Below are positions 10,205-19,814 of a stretch of DNA of 64,000 nucleotides, piece after piece; position 1 is the first letter of the stretch, and each line of letters begins with the position of its first letter. The DNA comes from Methanobacteriota archaeon (GTDB taxonomy: Archaea; Halobacteriota; Methanosarcinia; Methanosarcinales; Methanosarcinaceae). The DNA is taken from the NCBI GenBank assembly GCA_030054735.1, contig JASGVX010000003.1, positions 1,532 to 65,531 of the forward strand, given 5' to 3'. The notes under the pieces were generated by a model. It was not told the DNA's origin. It searched no databases and saw only the letters and a list, made by a program, of their open reading frames with translations. The position numbers were made by a program, and so were the translations under genes.

Positions 10205-10766
10205 TCAATACCGGCCACAAAGCTCAAAGAAATTCATCAATAACTCTTCTCCCTGCCTGCTGTGGGAAACCTAATTGAACGCCATAAATCGGTTTTGTGG
10301 GATGGCGCATGGCTTCAATTTCACAGATATCCGAGCGGGCGAGATGGATAAATCCTTCTGGAAGAACAGCCACTTCATCAGCATGAGAAGCCCATACGGT
10401 TGTTTTTGGGCCAAGCCCTCTGAGTATATCATCCTCTTCAAGGACCTCTATTTCAACTTCGGCATATCCTCCTCTTTTGCCTGCATGGACATGACCCCCA
10501 TAAGCAAGAGCAATTGCCTGGTGCCCGAGGCAAATCCCAAGGATATGGATTTCGATTTCTCGCACATAGTCAAAGCAAAGGCCCGCCCTTTCCATTTCCG
10601 GCCCTCCGCTCAGGATCAGCCCGTCAGGCTTTTCTGCCAGAATATCCTCTATAAGAGTTACATTGGGAATGATTTTTGCATCCATGTCAAGGTCCCGGAC
10701 AGCCCTGCGAATAAGGTGGCAAAACTGCCCATAGTTGTTCACAACAAGGATTTTTAGTTCTCTCAT
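10205..10766 (-). pseudogene. guaAA: GMP synthase glutamine amidotransferase subunit A, frameshifted near the 3' end
   Basis: NNYGQF, LSGGP, GICLGHQ present. After YGVQ the expected WHPE is missing and the homologous tail [21 protein letters not shown] continues in another frame to 10205. Confidence 0.8.
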
Positions 10767-11178
10767 AGTTCCTTCAGCTCATGTTTACAAATATAAAATG
10801 CATCTTACGCTCTGAGCTTATTCTATAGCCCTTGATATCCTATTTTAATTCTTGTATCTTCCTGGCTTTGCTTCAAAGATTTTTCACTCTCCATGCCTGG
10901 TTTTTGGGCCATACAATTACATCTAAATCACCTGGAAATAAACTATCAAATAAGAGAAAACTTTAAGAACTGAACATAATAGTACATTAATGTTCAAATT
11001 AGTTCGATATATACATTTTAAATTCAAAGCAACTTAAAACTGGATCAGAAACAGAGTTTGGATAAGTATAAATATAAGTGGCGTGTTAGTATGTCACACA
11101 CTATCACGCCAGAAAAGAAAAGACAATACTACAAAAATTGTAAAGAAAGTTAACTGGTTAGAACTTAGGGGAATCAAG

Positions 11179-12024
11179 ATGTCAGAAATTGGCAAAAAAA
11201 TACGCATAGAAAGGCTGATGAATCGGGAGAGCAGAAACATGGTGATTATTCCAATGGACCATGGAATCTCCGATGGACCTATTGAAGGGCTTATTAATAT
11301 TACCGATACAGTTAATAGGGTTGCTGAAGGAGGAGCAAATGCAGTCCTCATGCAAAAAGGCATGGTCAGGTACGGGCACAGAGGCTACGGCCATGACATC
11401 GGGCTTGTTGTGCATATAAGTGCCTCTTCAGTTCTGAGCCCAGACCCCAATGCCAAAGTTCAGGTCTGCACCGTTGAAGAAGTAATTAAGATGGGAGCTG
11501 ACGCAGTTTCCATGCATATCAATATAGGATCGAATACGGAAGCCGAACAGCTCGAACAGCTCGGGACAATATCAAGGGACTGTACGGAATGGGGCATGCC
11601 TCTTCTTGCCATGATGTACACCAGAGGCAAAAAGATCACAAATCCCCATGACCCTGTAAACGTGGCACATGCCGTCAGGATTGGAGCCGAACTGGGGGCT
11701 GATGTTGTGAAAACCGTATACACCGGAGATCCGGACAGTTTTAGAGATGTGGTAAAAGGCTGTCCTGTACCCGTAGTGATTGCAGGTGGACCAAAAACCT
11801 CATCAGACCGGGAACTTCTTGAAATGATTGACGGAGCAGTGGAAGCCGGAGCAAGAGGGGCTGCAATAGGAAGAAATATCTTCCAGCACAGAGACCCTGT
11901 GAGGTTGACCAGGGCTATCTGTGAAATCGTGCACAACAGAAGGCCTGTAGAGGAAGCTCTGGAACAGCTAAAGTTAGAGAGCCCTGAGAAAAAAGTTAAG
12001 AAGCAAAAATCAAGCCCAAAGTGA
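11179..12024 (+). CDS. aroA': 2-amino-3,7-dideoxy-D-threo-hept-6-ulosonate synthase (class I aldolase, DhnA family)
   Basis: [29 protein letters not shown]; first gene of the aro cluster. Confidence 0.92.
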   Translation: MSEIGKKIRIERLMNRESRNMVIIPMDHGISDGPIEGLINITDTVNRVAEGGANAVLMQKGMVRYGHRGYGHDIGLVVHISASSVLSPDPNAKVQVCTVEEVIKMGADAVSMHINIGSNTEAEQLEQLGTISRDCTEWGMPLLAMMYTRGKKITNPHDPVNVAHAVRIGAELGADVVKTVYTGDPDSFRDVVKGCPVPVVIAGGPKTSSDRELLEMIDGAVEAGARGAAIGRNIFQHRDPVRLTRAICEIVHNRRPVEEALEQLKLESPEKKVKKQKSSPK

Positions 12025-12118
12025 AAAAACCACAAAAAGGATTCCGGAGTAAGTTGCCGGATAACGTACCGGAGTAAAGGCCGGAGTAAAAACAATTTAT
12101 AAACGGGGTTGAAAGCCT

Positions 12119-13261
12119 TTGGAAAAAAAAAGTGTCTGGATAAAAGCCGATAAAGGCAGATGGGAAGAACAGAAAGAGAGGATCACGACAGGTCTGGAAT
12201 CTGGAGCCGACTGTGTACTTGTAAATCCGGGAGATGTGGAAAAGGTCAGAGGACTCGGAAACATTACAGTTGCAGCCTTTGCACGTGACAACAGGTCCGG
12301 AGCCGATATTGTGGTCGTAGGCATAAGAGGAGAAGGCGATGGGACAAAACCCCTGCCCCAGGAAATTCCGGGTTCTTTTGATGTAAACGCAGCAATCCTG
12401 CTCACTGACAAAGGAGTAACAGTAGGCGGATACGTTGTCATAAAGGATAAAAATTATGAGCGTTTCGCAGCCGAAATGGGGAAAATCTGCGATTACTTAC
12501 TCGTTACAGGCACAGATTGGAAAGTCATCCCTCTCGAAAACCTGATAGCTGACCTCCAGCGCGAGAAAGTAAAGATTATCTTCGGTGTAAAAAGTGCAGA
12601 GGAAGCCAGACTAGCCTTCAAGACTCTCGAAAAAGGAGCAGATGGAGTCCTTCTTGACAGTGGAAATCCTCAGGAAATAAAAGACACAATCAAGATTGCA
12701 AGAGAACTTGAAAGAGAAAATGTCGAACTTGAGCCTGCTATTGTAACCAGGGTTGAACCTCTTGGAATGGGAGACCGGGTCTGTGTGGATACATGCAATC
12801 TCATGCAGCGTGGAGAAGGCATGCTCATAGGTTCGCAGGCTAACGGGATGTTCCTGGTAAATTCGGAGTCAGATGACAGCCCTTATGTAGCAGCCCGCCC
12901 TTTCAGAGTAAATGCAGGGGCAGTTCATTCTTATATCAAGATTGGGGATAAAACCCGCTATCTCTCAGAGCTCAAAACAGGAGACACCATAACTATTGTA
13001 GACTCAAATGGAAAACAGCGGGAAGGCATAGTTGGCAGAGTCAAGATAGAAAGCCGCCCCCTGATGCTAATTGAAGCAAAAGCTGGAGACAGGACCTTAA
13101 CTGCAATTCTGCAAAATGCCGAAACCATCAAGCTGGTGGCAAAGGATGGAAATCCTGTTTCTGTTGCAAAACTGAAAAAAGGAGATGAGGTACTGGTCCG
13201 TCTCGAAGAAGGAGCCAGGCATTTCGGCAAAAAAATAGAAGAAACAATCATAGAGAAATAA
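12119..13261 (+). CDS. aroB': 3-dehydroquinate synthase II
   Basis: DWKVIPLENLIA, GDRVCVDT, RPFRVNAGAVHSY, LQNAETI. Confidence 0.95.
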   Translation: MEKKSVWIKADKGRWEEQKERITTGLESGADCVLVNPGDVEKVRGLGNITVAAFARDNRSGADIVVVGIRGEGDGTKPLPQEIPGSFDVNAAILLTDKGVTVGGYVVIKDKNYERFAAEMGKICDYLLVTGTDWKVIPLENLIADLQREKVKIIFGVKSAEEARLAFKTLEKGADGVLLDSGNPQEIKDTIKIARELERENVELEPAIVTRVEPLGMGDRVCVDTCNLMQRGEGMLIGSQANGMFLVNSESDDSPYVAARPFRVNAGAVHSYIKIGDKTRYLSELKTGDTITIVDSNGKQREGIVGRVKIESRPLMLIEAKAGDRTLTAILQNAETIKLVAKDGNPVSVAKLKKGDEVLVRLEEGARHFGKKIEETIIEK

Positions 13262-13279
13262 ATCTAGAAAAAAAATCTA

Positions 13280-13353
13280 GAAAAACGCATATGAAATTCT
13301 TCAAATAACAGGCACAAAAAATGAAAGTACCTGGAAGCACTTTCATGCTAAAT
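13280..13353 (+). repeat. 74-bp dispersed repeat, copy 1 (copy 2 at 40417-40490)
   Basis: gaaaaacgca(t/c)atgaaattcttc(a/g)aataacaggcacaaaaaatgaaagtac(c/a)tggaagcactttcatgctaaat; internal ATGAAAGT/ACTTTCAT hairpin. Confidence 0.9.
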
Positions 13354-13418
13354 AAACCAGGAAAAGCTAAATAACAGTCGATAATCGCGGATTCTCTACT
13401 TCCGGTTTCGGAGTGAGT

Positions 13419-14147
13419 ATGGCTCAAATAGGCTCATTTGACATTGAAAATAAAGCTGCAGTTGTCGCAGTAATCCTTGAAAAACCTCTTGAGACTTCAA
13501 AAAAGGCAGCCGAGAAAGGAGCTGATATCCTTGAAATCCGGCTGGATTTGCTTGGTATCAGGGACCCGGAAAGGGCTATAGAGATAATCAGGGAGATAAA
13601 ATCCAAAACCGTTATTCCTCTACTCGTTACCAACCGTTCAAGGGCAGAAGGAGGGAAGTGGGAAGGAAAAGAGGAAGATAGAATTGGACTTCTTATGAAT
13701 CTCCTTTCTTTTAAAGATGGGCCGGATGCAATTGATATCGAGATTTCTGCCGGCAGGAAAGAAAGAGATAAAGTTATAAAAGCGGCTAAAGATCACGGAA
13801 AAACCGTAATTATCTCTTCCCATGACTTTTTAAAAACCCCTTCTTTCCAGGATATGAAAGCAATTATTGAGGAAATGTTTCTTGCAGGGGCAGATATTGC
13901 CAAACTTGCAGTCATGCCCAGGTCAATGGAAGATACCCTTAATCTGCTCAGGGTTACCCTGGACTTTACGGATAGAGGAAAATCAGTATCTACCATTGCA
14001 ATGGGCAGTCAGGGAAAACATACAAGAGTGGTTGCTCCTCTCTATGGCTCAGTCCTGACATATGCTTCGATAGAAAATGATGCATCCGCAGCTCCCGGCC
14101 AGCTTCCGCTAGATGAAGTAAAGAAAATAATGGAAATGCTAAGATGA
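13419..14147 (+). CDS. aroD: type I 3-dehydroquinate dehydratase
   Basis: EIRLD, TNRSRAEGG, SSHDF, IAKLAVMP, APGQL. Confidence 0.95.
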   Translation: MAQIGSFDIENKAAVVAVILEKPLETSKKAAEKGADILEIRLDLLGIRDPERAIEIIREIKSKTVIPLLVTNRSRAEGGKWEGKEEDRIGLLMNLLSFKDGPDAIDIEISAGRKERDKVIKAAKDHGKTVIISSHDFLKTPSFQDMKAIIEEMFLAGADIAKLAVMPRSMEDTLNLLRVTLDFTDRGKSVSTIAMGSQGKHTRVVAPLYGSVLTYASIENDASAAPGQLPLDEVKKIMEMLR

Positions 14148-14986
14148 AGCAAGTTTTTGCTGTATTTGGAGACCCTGTAAGTCATTCTCTTTCCCCTGCC
14201 ATGCATAACGCAGCTTTTTCAGCTCTTGGTATGGACTGTGTTTATCATGCTTTCAGGGTCAGACCGGAAAAACTGGAGAATGCGGTTCTTGGAGCCGAAG
14301 CTATGGGGTTTGGAGGGCTTAACCTGACAGTGCCCCTGAAAGAAAAGGCTTTGAAGCTTGACTTCATCAAGCCTGATCCCCTTGCAAAGAAAATCGGAGC
14401 AGTAAATACTATAGTCTTTGGAAAAGATGGAGAAATCCGGGGATATAATACTGATGGACCTGGGGCAAGGCAGGCACTTCTTGACACTTCAGTGGAAATT
14501 ATGGGATCTAGAATAGTGGTAGCTGGGGCTGGAGGAGCTGCAAGGGCGCTTACTTTTCAGCTTGCAGCCGACGGCGCAGATATCACAGTAGTAAACAGGA
14601 CAGAAGAGCGGGCAGTAGAACTTGCAAAGGAGATCTCGGCTGCAGCCCTTCCGGGAAAAATAAGAGCTACCGGGCTTTCAGGGTTAAAAGGCCTTTTGAG
14701 GGATGCAGATGTCCTGATCAATACCACAACTCTTGGGATGTACCCAAACACAGATGCAGCTATTGCGACAGCAGAAGAACTTCACAGCGGCCTTATTGTT
14801 TTTGATATCGTTTATAACCCTCTTGAAACCAGGCTTTTAAGGGAAGCAAAGGCGACTGGAGCAAAAACGATAAGTGGGGTTCTGATGCTTGTCTATCAGG
14901 GTGCAGAAGCTTTCAGGATCTGGACAGGAGTTGAACCGCCTGTGGAGCTTATGAAAAAAACCGTACTGGAGGCCCTTCAGGCTTGA
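14144..14986 (+). CDS. aroE: shikimate dehydrogenase
   Basis: HSLSPAMHN, NLTVPLK, GAVNT, NTDG, GAGGAA, DIVYNP. Confidence 0.97.
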   Translation: MKQVFAVFGDPVSHSLSPAMHNAAFSALGMDCVYHAFRVRPEKLENAVLGAEAMGFGGLNLTVPLKEKALKLDFIKPDPLAKKIGAVNTIVFGKDGEIRGYNTDGPGARQALLDTSVEIMGSRIVVAGAGGAARALTFQLAADGADITVVNRTEERAVELAKEISAAALPGKIRATGLSGLKGLLRDADVLINTTTLGMYPNTDAAIATAEELHSGLIVFDIVYNPLETRLLREAKATGAKTISGVLMLVYQGAEAFRIWTGVEPPVELMKKTVLEALQA

Positions 14987-16404
14987 ATATAGACTCTGAG
15001 ACCGGAAAAACTAAAGTTCTGATCCTTGGCGGGACCGGAGAAATGGGGCAGTGGTTCACGCGTTTTTTTAAGGACAGAGGCTATGAAGTTACAGTCTGGG
15101 GAAAAGGCGGCAAAATTGAGGTCGCAAAAAAACTGGAGGTCCCTTTTGCTTCGGACCTTGAGGCAGTTATCCCTGAAAGTGACATAGTAATAGTTTCAGT
15201 CCCGATCAATGCAACAGAAGAAAGCATTGCAGAAGTCGCCCCAAAGATGAAAGCAGGAAGCCTCCTTATGGATTTTACCTCCATCAAGGTGAAGCCTGTT
15301 GAAGCCATGAGAAAGTTTACACCAGGGGATGTTGAAATCCTTGGAACCCACCCTATGTTCGGCCCGACAATTCCAACAATAAGGGGGCAGACCGTAATCC
15401 TCGTCCCTGTAGAAGGGCGCTCAGAAAAATGGTTTCCGGTAATCAGACAGCTTTTTGAGGACAGCGGCGCGCACGTTGAGATCACAACTGCAGCCGAACA
15501 TGACAGGCTGGTCTCAGTATTACAGGGACTTACCCATTTTGCTTATATCAGCATAGGGACAACAATTGATAGGCTTGATTTTGATATCAAAAAGTCCAGG
15601 AAATTCGTAAGCCCTGTTTACAGTATAATGCTTGACTTTGTGGGCAGGATCCTGGGACAGAACCCTTACCTATATGCCCTGATTCAGATGGAAAACCCGG
15701 GCGTTCCTGAGGTACATGAGGCGTTTATAAAGGAATGTGAGGAACTTTCCGGCCTTGTGAGGGCGCATGACGAAGAAGGCTTTGTAAAGAAGATGAAAGC
15801 TGCCGCCAGGAAATATGATGATACTGCTCACGCCCTGCGCAGGTCGGACAAACTTATCAACTCCAGGATAAACGAATATGAAACTATCCTGAATTCTATA
15901 GGGAAAGTATGCGGTTTTTCTCATATTTACTCTGGAAATATCCATGTGGGCAGACTGGAAAAAGTGGGGCCGAACGAGGTAGTTCTTAAGAAACTTGTCT
16001 CAAAAGGTACAGCCCCCTATATAAAAAACAAATTCATAAAACTCAATCTTGAAAACCTCCACCTTCTTTCAGAATCTGAACTGAAAAGGTGGAGAGAAGA
16101 TAACTTAAAGCATTCAGTCAGGGATATTTCAGTCCTGATCCCCGAGGGCGCCGATCCTGAGATAATCCTCAGAGCAGTAAATACAAACAAATATCTTGCA
16201 GACTGTAAAATCAGTGATATCTACAAACTGGTTGATGAAACAGTATCCGATAAAAACGTAAGTAGAAGCGAAAAATTGGGAGTGACTTACAGAATTACTA
16301 TATTTGGGGATTGCGATGCAAATTATGTTGAAACTGAAGTTGCATCCCTTCTTTTAGGGCTAGGGTGCCGGATAAGAGAGAAAAACCTGAAGATAGAGAA
16401 ATGA
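14983..16404 (+). CDS. tyrA: prephenate dehydrogenase with C-terminal extension
   Basis: GGTGEMG, GTHPMFGP, EHDRLVSVLQGLTHF. Confidence 0.93.
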   Translation: MNIDSETGKTKVLILGGTGEMGQWFTRFFKDRGYEVTVWGKGGKIEVAKKLEVPFASDLEAVIPESDIVIVSVPINATEESIAEVAPKMKAGSLLMDFTSIKVKPVEAMRKFTPGDVEILGTHPMFGPTIPTIRGQTVILVPVEGRSEKWFPVIRQLFEDSGAHVEITTAAEHDRLVSVLQGLTHFAYISIGTTIDRLDFDIKKSRKFVSPVYSIMLDFVGRILGQNPYLYALIQMENPGVPEVHEAFIKECEELSGLVRAHDEEGFVKKMKAAARKYDDTAHALRRSDKLINSRINEYETILNSIGKVCGFSHIYSGNIHVGRLEKVGPNEVVLKKLVSKGTAPYIKNKFIKLNLENLHLLSESELKRWREDNLKHSVRDISVLIPEGADPEIILRAVNTNKYLADCKISDIYKLVDETVSDKNVSRSEKLGVTYRITIFGDCDANYVETEVASLLLGLGCRIREKNLKIEK

Positions 16405-16474
16405 AAAGATCTTTTCTTTGCCTGGTTTAATTAGAATAGAAATACATATAAACAATAAAAATATAGAAATTATA

Positions 16475-18007
16475 ATGCTTCAGGTTAAATGGAAAAATTA
16501 TCTTTTATTTGCAATCATCACTCTCTCTATATTTTTTTCGCTAATTCTAAGTGGTGATGAGCTTAAGGAAAGGCTGGAAAAAGAGACAAACACAACGTCA
16601 TTAGCTGGAGTTTCGGGAGAAAATCGGATTCTAAATCTCATAAACAGGCTGGAAAACAGCACTGACCATGAAACAAAGTTAAGTACCGCAGCCAGCCTTG
16701 GCAGACTAGGAAAGCCAGCAGCCAGTGCTATTATCCAAAAAATTGAAACCAAAAACTCTAGTTCAGGGGGAGAAATAAGCAGTTATATACTTCTCGCACT
16801 TCTTGAAACTGGAGATGAAAGAATAGAAAATATTCTTTTGGGAAAGATTGGAAAAGAAACTCCAAATATGACTGCACCCGATAGGGTACAGAGTAAGAGA
16901 GAGGTCCCGGAAGATATTATTCAGGCTATAGAAGTAAAAGATAGAGCTATGCGAGAAAGCCTTGCAAGGTCTTTTAACATTGAATATGGAAATCACACTG
17001 ATATTCTTGAAGAAGCCCTCAAGGCAGAAGAACAGAATTCCACTCTCTATACTTCCTTTGTGCTTTCAAATTTCGAATCTGAAGAATCGGAAAACGAAAC
17101 AGAAATACTCCTTAACGCTCTTAAAAGCGAAAAAGGATACGTAAGAGTTGCAGCTGCGATGGCTCTTGGACAAAAGAAGGAAAAAGCCGCAACTGATCCC
17201 TTAATGAAGATGCTTTCTCAGGATTATCCCCTGGCTGGACACAGTGCAGTTATGGCACTTGGAGAACTTGGAGATGAAAGAGCTGTAAATGCCCTGATGT
17301 TGGAATTGAAAAACAGTAAGAAAGATTATATAAGGAGCAGCACTGCAGTCGCCCTTGGTAAAATAGGTTCAGATGAAGCTGTGCCCTATCTTACTGAGAG
17401 ACTGAGAGACACAAAGGCTCCTGTAAGAAGTAATGCAGCCCTCGCACTTGGCAGAATTGGAAATGAGGCGGCAGTAGAGCCCCTGATAAATATCCTGGAT
17501 AGTGGAAAAGGAGCCGAAGGAAGAAGAATAGATACCCTGAACACATATATAGATGTCCGAAAAAGCGCTGTCCTTGCTCTTGGAGGAATAGGAGGCAGTG
17601 AGGCCAGGCGAGCAGTAAGCGGCGTACTAACCGACGACGGAGAAAGACTTGAGGTAAGGATTGCAGCAGCTTCTGCTCTTGGGAACATAGGAAGCGCTGA
17701 AGCTGTAAGTACTCTTAAAACAGTATTTGACAACCAGAGCATGAATATGGACATCAGAAAAGCAGCCCTTCTTGCTCTTGGTAAAACTGAGCGGGAAACT
17801 GCAGGGTTTTTTATAGAAAAAATAGGAGATGAGGACTTTGGAGTAAGTGCCAGAGAAGCACTTATTGAAATGGGAGAAACAACAGTTGACACTCTTATAG
17901 AAAACCTGAAAACGGATGACCAGAAAATTAAGAACGAAATCGCTCTGATTCTTATAGAAATAGGAGATCAAAGAGCGATAAAGCCTCTTATTGAAGCTTA
18001 CAAGTAA
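16475..18007 (+). CDS. membrane-anchored HEAT/PBS-lyase repeat protein
   Basis: N-terminal hydrophobic segment; repeated VR..AA.ALG.IG...AV..L units. Confidence 0.85.
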   Translation: MLQVKWKNYLLFAIITLSIFFSLILSGDELKERLEKETNTTSLAGVSGENRILNLINRLENSTDHETKLSTAASLGRLGKPAASAIIQKIETKNSSSGGEISSYILLALLETGDERIENILLGKIGKETPNMTAPDRVQSKREVPEDIIQAIEVKDRAMRESLARSFNIEYGNHTDILEEALKAEEQNSTLYTSFVLSNFESEESENETEILLNALKSEKGYVRVAAAMALGQKKEKAATDPLMKMLSQDYPLAGHSAVMALGELGDERAVNALMLELKNSKKDYIRSSTAVALGKIGSDEAVPYLTERLRDTKAPVRSNAALALGRIGNEAAVEPLINILDSGKGAEGRRIDTLNTYIDVRKSAVLALGGIGGSEARRAVSGVLTDDGERLEVRIAAASALGNIGSAEAVSTLKTVFDNQSMNMDIRKAALLALGKTERETAGFFIEKIGDEDFGVSAREALIEMGETTVDTLIENLKTDDQKIKNEIALILIEIGDQRAIKPLIEAYK

Positions 18008-18280
18008 GTGAACCGCTCCGCCTGCTTTATTCGAAAGCGAGGACGGAGCTTCCTTCGAGTGTTTACTTCATTTTTGGAAGTATAGCTTTCATCAATTTTT
18101 ATTAACTTTTTACCTATAAGTTCTGGCTTTATAGGCTAAAAATTCGATGAAGCAAGATAAATATCCTTGATTTTGGGTTGACCTATTCATAGATCTTTTT
18201 CTTTTTCCTTTGAGTTTTTTGGACTGAGCCATGTTTTTAATTTTCAGATCTCCAACAATAATAGTATTAGCCTTAATGTC
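18008..18280 (-). pseudogene. tnpB: internally deleted tnpB remnant with IS200/IS605 right end
   Basis: Minus strand reads ANTIIVGDLKIKNMAQ...GYLSCFIEFLAYKA / +1 shift / ELIGKKLIKIDESYTSK, then GAAGCTCCGTCC-hairpin-GCGGTTCAC. Confidence 0.8.
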
Positions 18281-18677
18281 TTGTCAGTCATCAATGAGTA
18301 TACGATTTTGAATCGTTGTAATCGATTATATACGATATCTTAACGCTGACGCGACATTAGTATTGCTAAGCATATTCTTAGACAGTTTATGCTGAAAATC
18401 TCAATCTAAGTAAGAGATAAAGTGATTTCGTTATTGCACGACAGCATATAAATGTATTCATTTAAAAATACCTCAACAAAGTTAAATAGCTAATAATATT
18501 ATATTATATCAAAAAAGTAACATTAAATTACGATTATGTTATTGTTTTTCTAAATAGAATAATATTAAAATAGAGTGATGAAACTTAGAAAAGTCAAAAA
18601 TTTATAAAAAAGTAGTATGCCGATCCGAGAAGATAAGCCGCTAAAACACAGAAAATAGGTTCAAAGAGGTTACAAAA

Positions 18678-19799
18678 ATGAATAAAAAAACTAAATTTTT
18701 CTTCATGGTCATTTTACTATTCTCCTCAGTTTTTTTAAGCGGATGTGTGGATAACCAGGAAGAAAAAGAAAAAACAAATCTAAGCCATGTTACAGAAAAG
18801 ACTGTCCAGGCCCATGGACAGGAAGAAATAACGGTTATTGACGATATAGGAAGAGAAATAACAGTACCATACCCCTGTGAAAGGTCTGTGTTCCTGGTTG
18901 AAAACGCCATGAACTCCATGTATGCCATAGGAGGAGCTGACAAAATTAGCGGAATAGGTGCTGTCTGGTACGAAGATACAAAGGCACCTTTCTTCAAGGC
19001 CATAGACCCAAATTATGATAAGAAGAGACTTTCTAAAGGAAGTGAACAGCCAGGCACTGAAACCATAGCAACAGCAAACCCTCAGGTCGTCTTCCTATGG
19101 GCATCGGATTGGGGAAGTGAGGATATAAAAGCAATTGAAGAGACTCTAAATATCCCGGTCTATGGAGTTTATATCGACAGCCTTGATGACCTGCAAAGGC
19201 AAATGAAAACGTTCAGCAAACTCATTGGAGAGGAAGAGCGTGGAGAAGAAGTAATTGAGTTGATGAATAATAGTATGAAAAAGGTTACAGATCTAACCGG
19301 AGCACTGCCAGCAGAAGAAAAACCAGAAGTCTACTGGATGTGGGGAGATATCTATGGTACTGCAGGCCTGGCCAGTACAGCTAACACCCTCATAGAGAGA
19401 TCTGGCGGGATTAATGTCCTCAATAAATGGACAAACGAAACAAAGAGTTTGGAACATCCGGTTCTTAACCTTGAAGCCCTGCTTGCGATGAACCCGGAAG
19501 TCATATACATGTGGAATAATGAGAACCTTGACCCCATAAATATAATTTCTGGAGACACTGTAGATGGAATAGATTTCAGCACATGGAGCAAAATTTCCGC
19601 CGTGAAAAATGGCAGAGTGTATGAGATCTCTGATCCTTTTGTCTATGACTTCCACTCCCCGAGACTACCCCTTGCAATGATGCATGTTGCAAAAGACCTG
19701 CACCCTGACAAATTTGCAGACCTGAACCTTACAGAAGAAACAGATCAGTACTATGTTGACGTGTACGGGGTTCATTATCCCGGATTCGAGCCTGCATAA
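18678..19799 (+). CDS. Fe-siderophore/cobalamin-type ABC transporter substrate-binding lipoprotein
   Basis: Lipobox LSGC; VIDDIGREI; E.LLAMNPEVI; AVKNGRVY. Confidence 0.88.
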   Translation: MNKKTKFFFMVILLFSSVFLSGCVDNQEEKEKTNLSHVTEKTVQAHGQEEITVIDDIGREITVPYPCERSVFLVENAMNSMYAIGGADKISGIGAVWYEDTKAPFFKAIDPNYDKKRLSKGSEQPGTETIATANPQVVFLWASDWGSEDIKAIEETLNIPVYGVYIDSLDDLQRQMKTFSKLIGEEERGEEVIELMNNSMKKVTDLTGALPAEEKPEVYWMWGDIYGTAGLASTANTLIERSGGINVLNKWTNETKSLEHPVLNLEALLAMNPEVIYMWNNENLDPINIISGDTVDGIDFSTWSKISAVKNGRVYEISDPFVYDFHSPRLPLAMMHVAKDLHPDKFADLNLTEETDQYYVDVYGVHYPGFEPA

Positions 19800-19814
19800 A
19801 GGACATGATCTGGC

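Noticed and set aside
11975-12024. Stop-codon loss extending aroA'
   Set aside because: The basic tail looks like read-through into the spacer, but this cannot be verified without orthologue alignment and is of little consequence.
12040-12092. CCGGAGTAA units, plus 13-bp (24035-24060) and 16-bp (52365-52418) tandems
   Set aside because: Ordinary short intergenic slippage repeats with no further support.
11460-12095. 211-aa ORF and the other antisense ORFs inside core genes
   Set aside because: Shadow frames of well-supported genes on the opposite strand.
18300-18670. Cobalamin riboswitch before the ABC operon
   Set aside because: AT-rich, with none of the conserved B12-box motifs.
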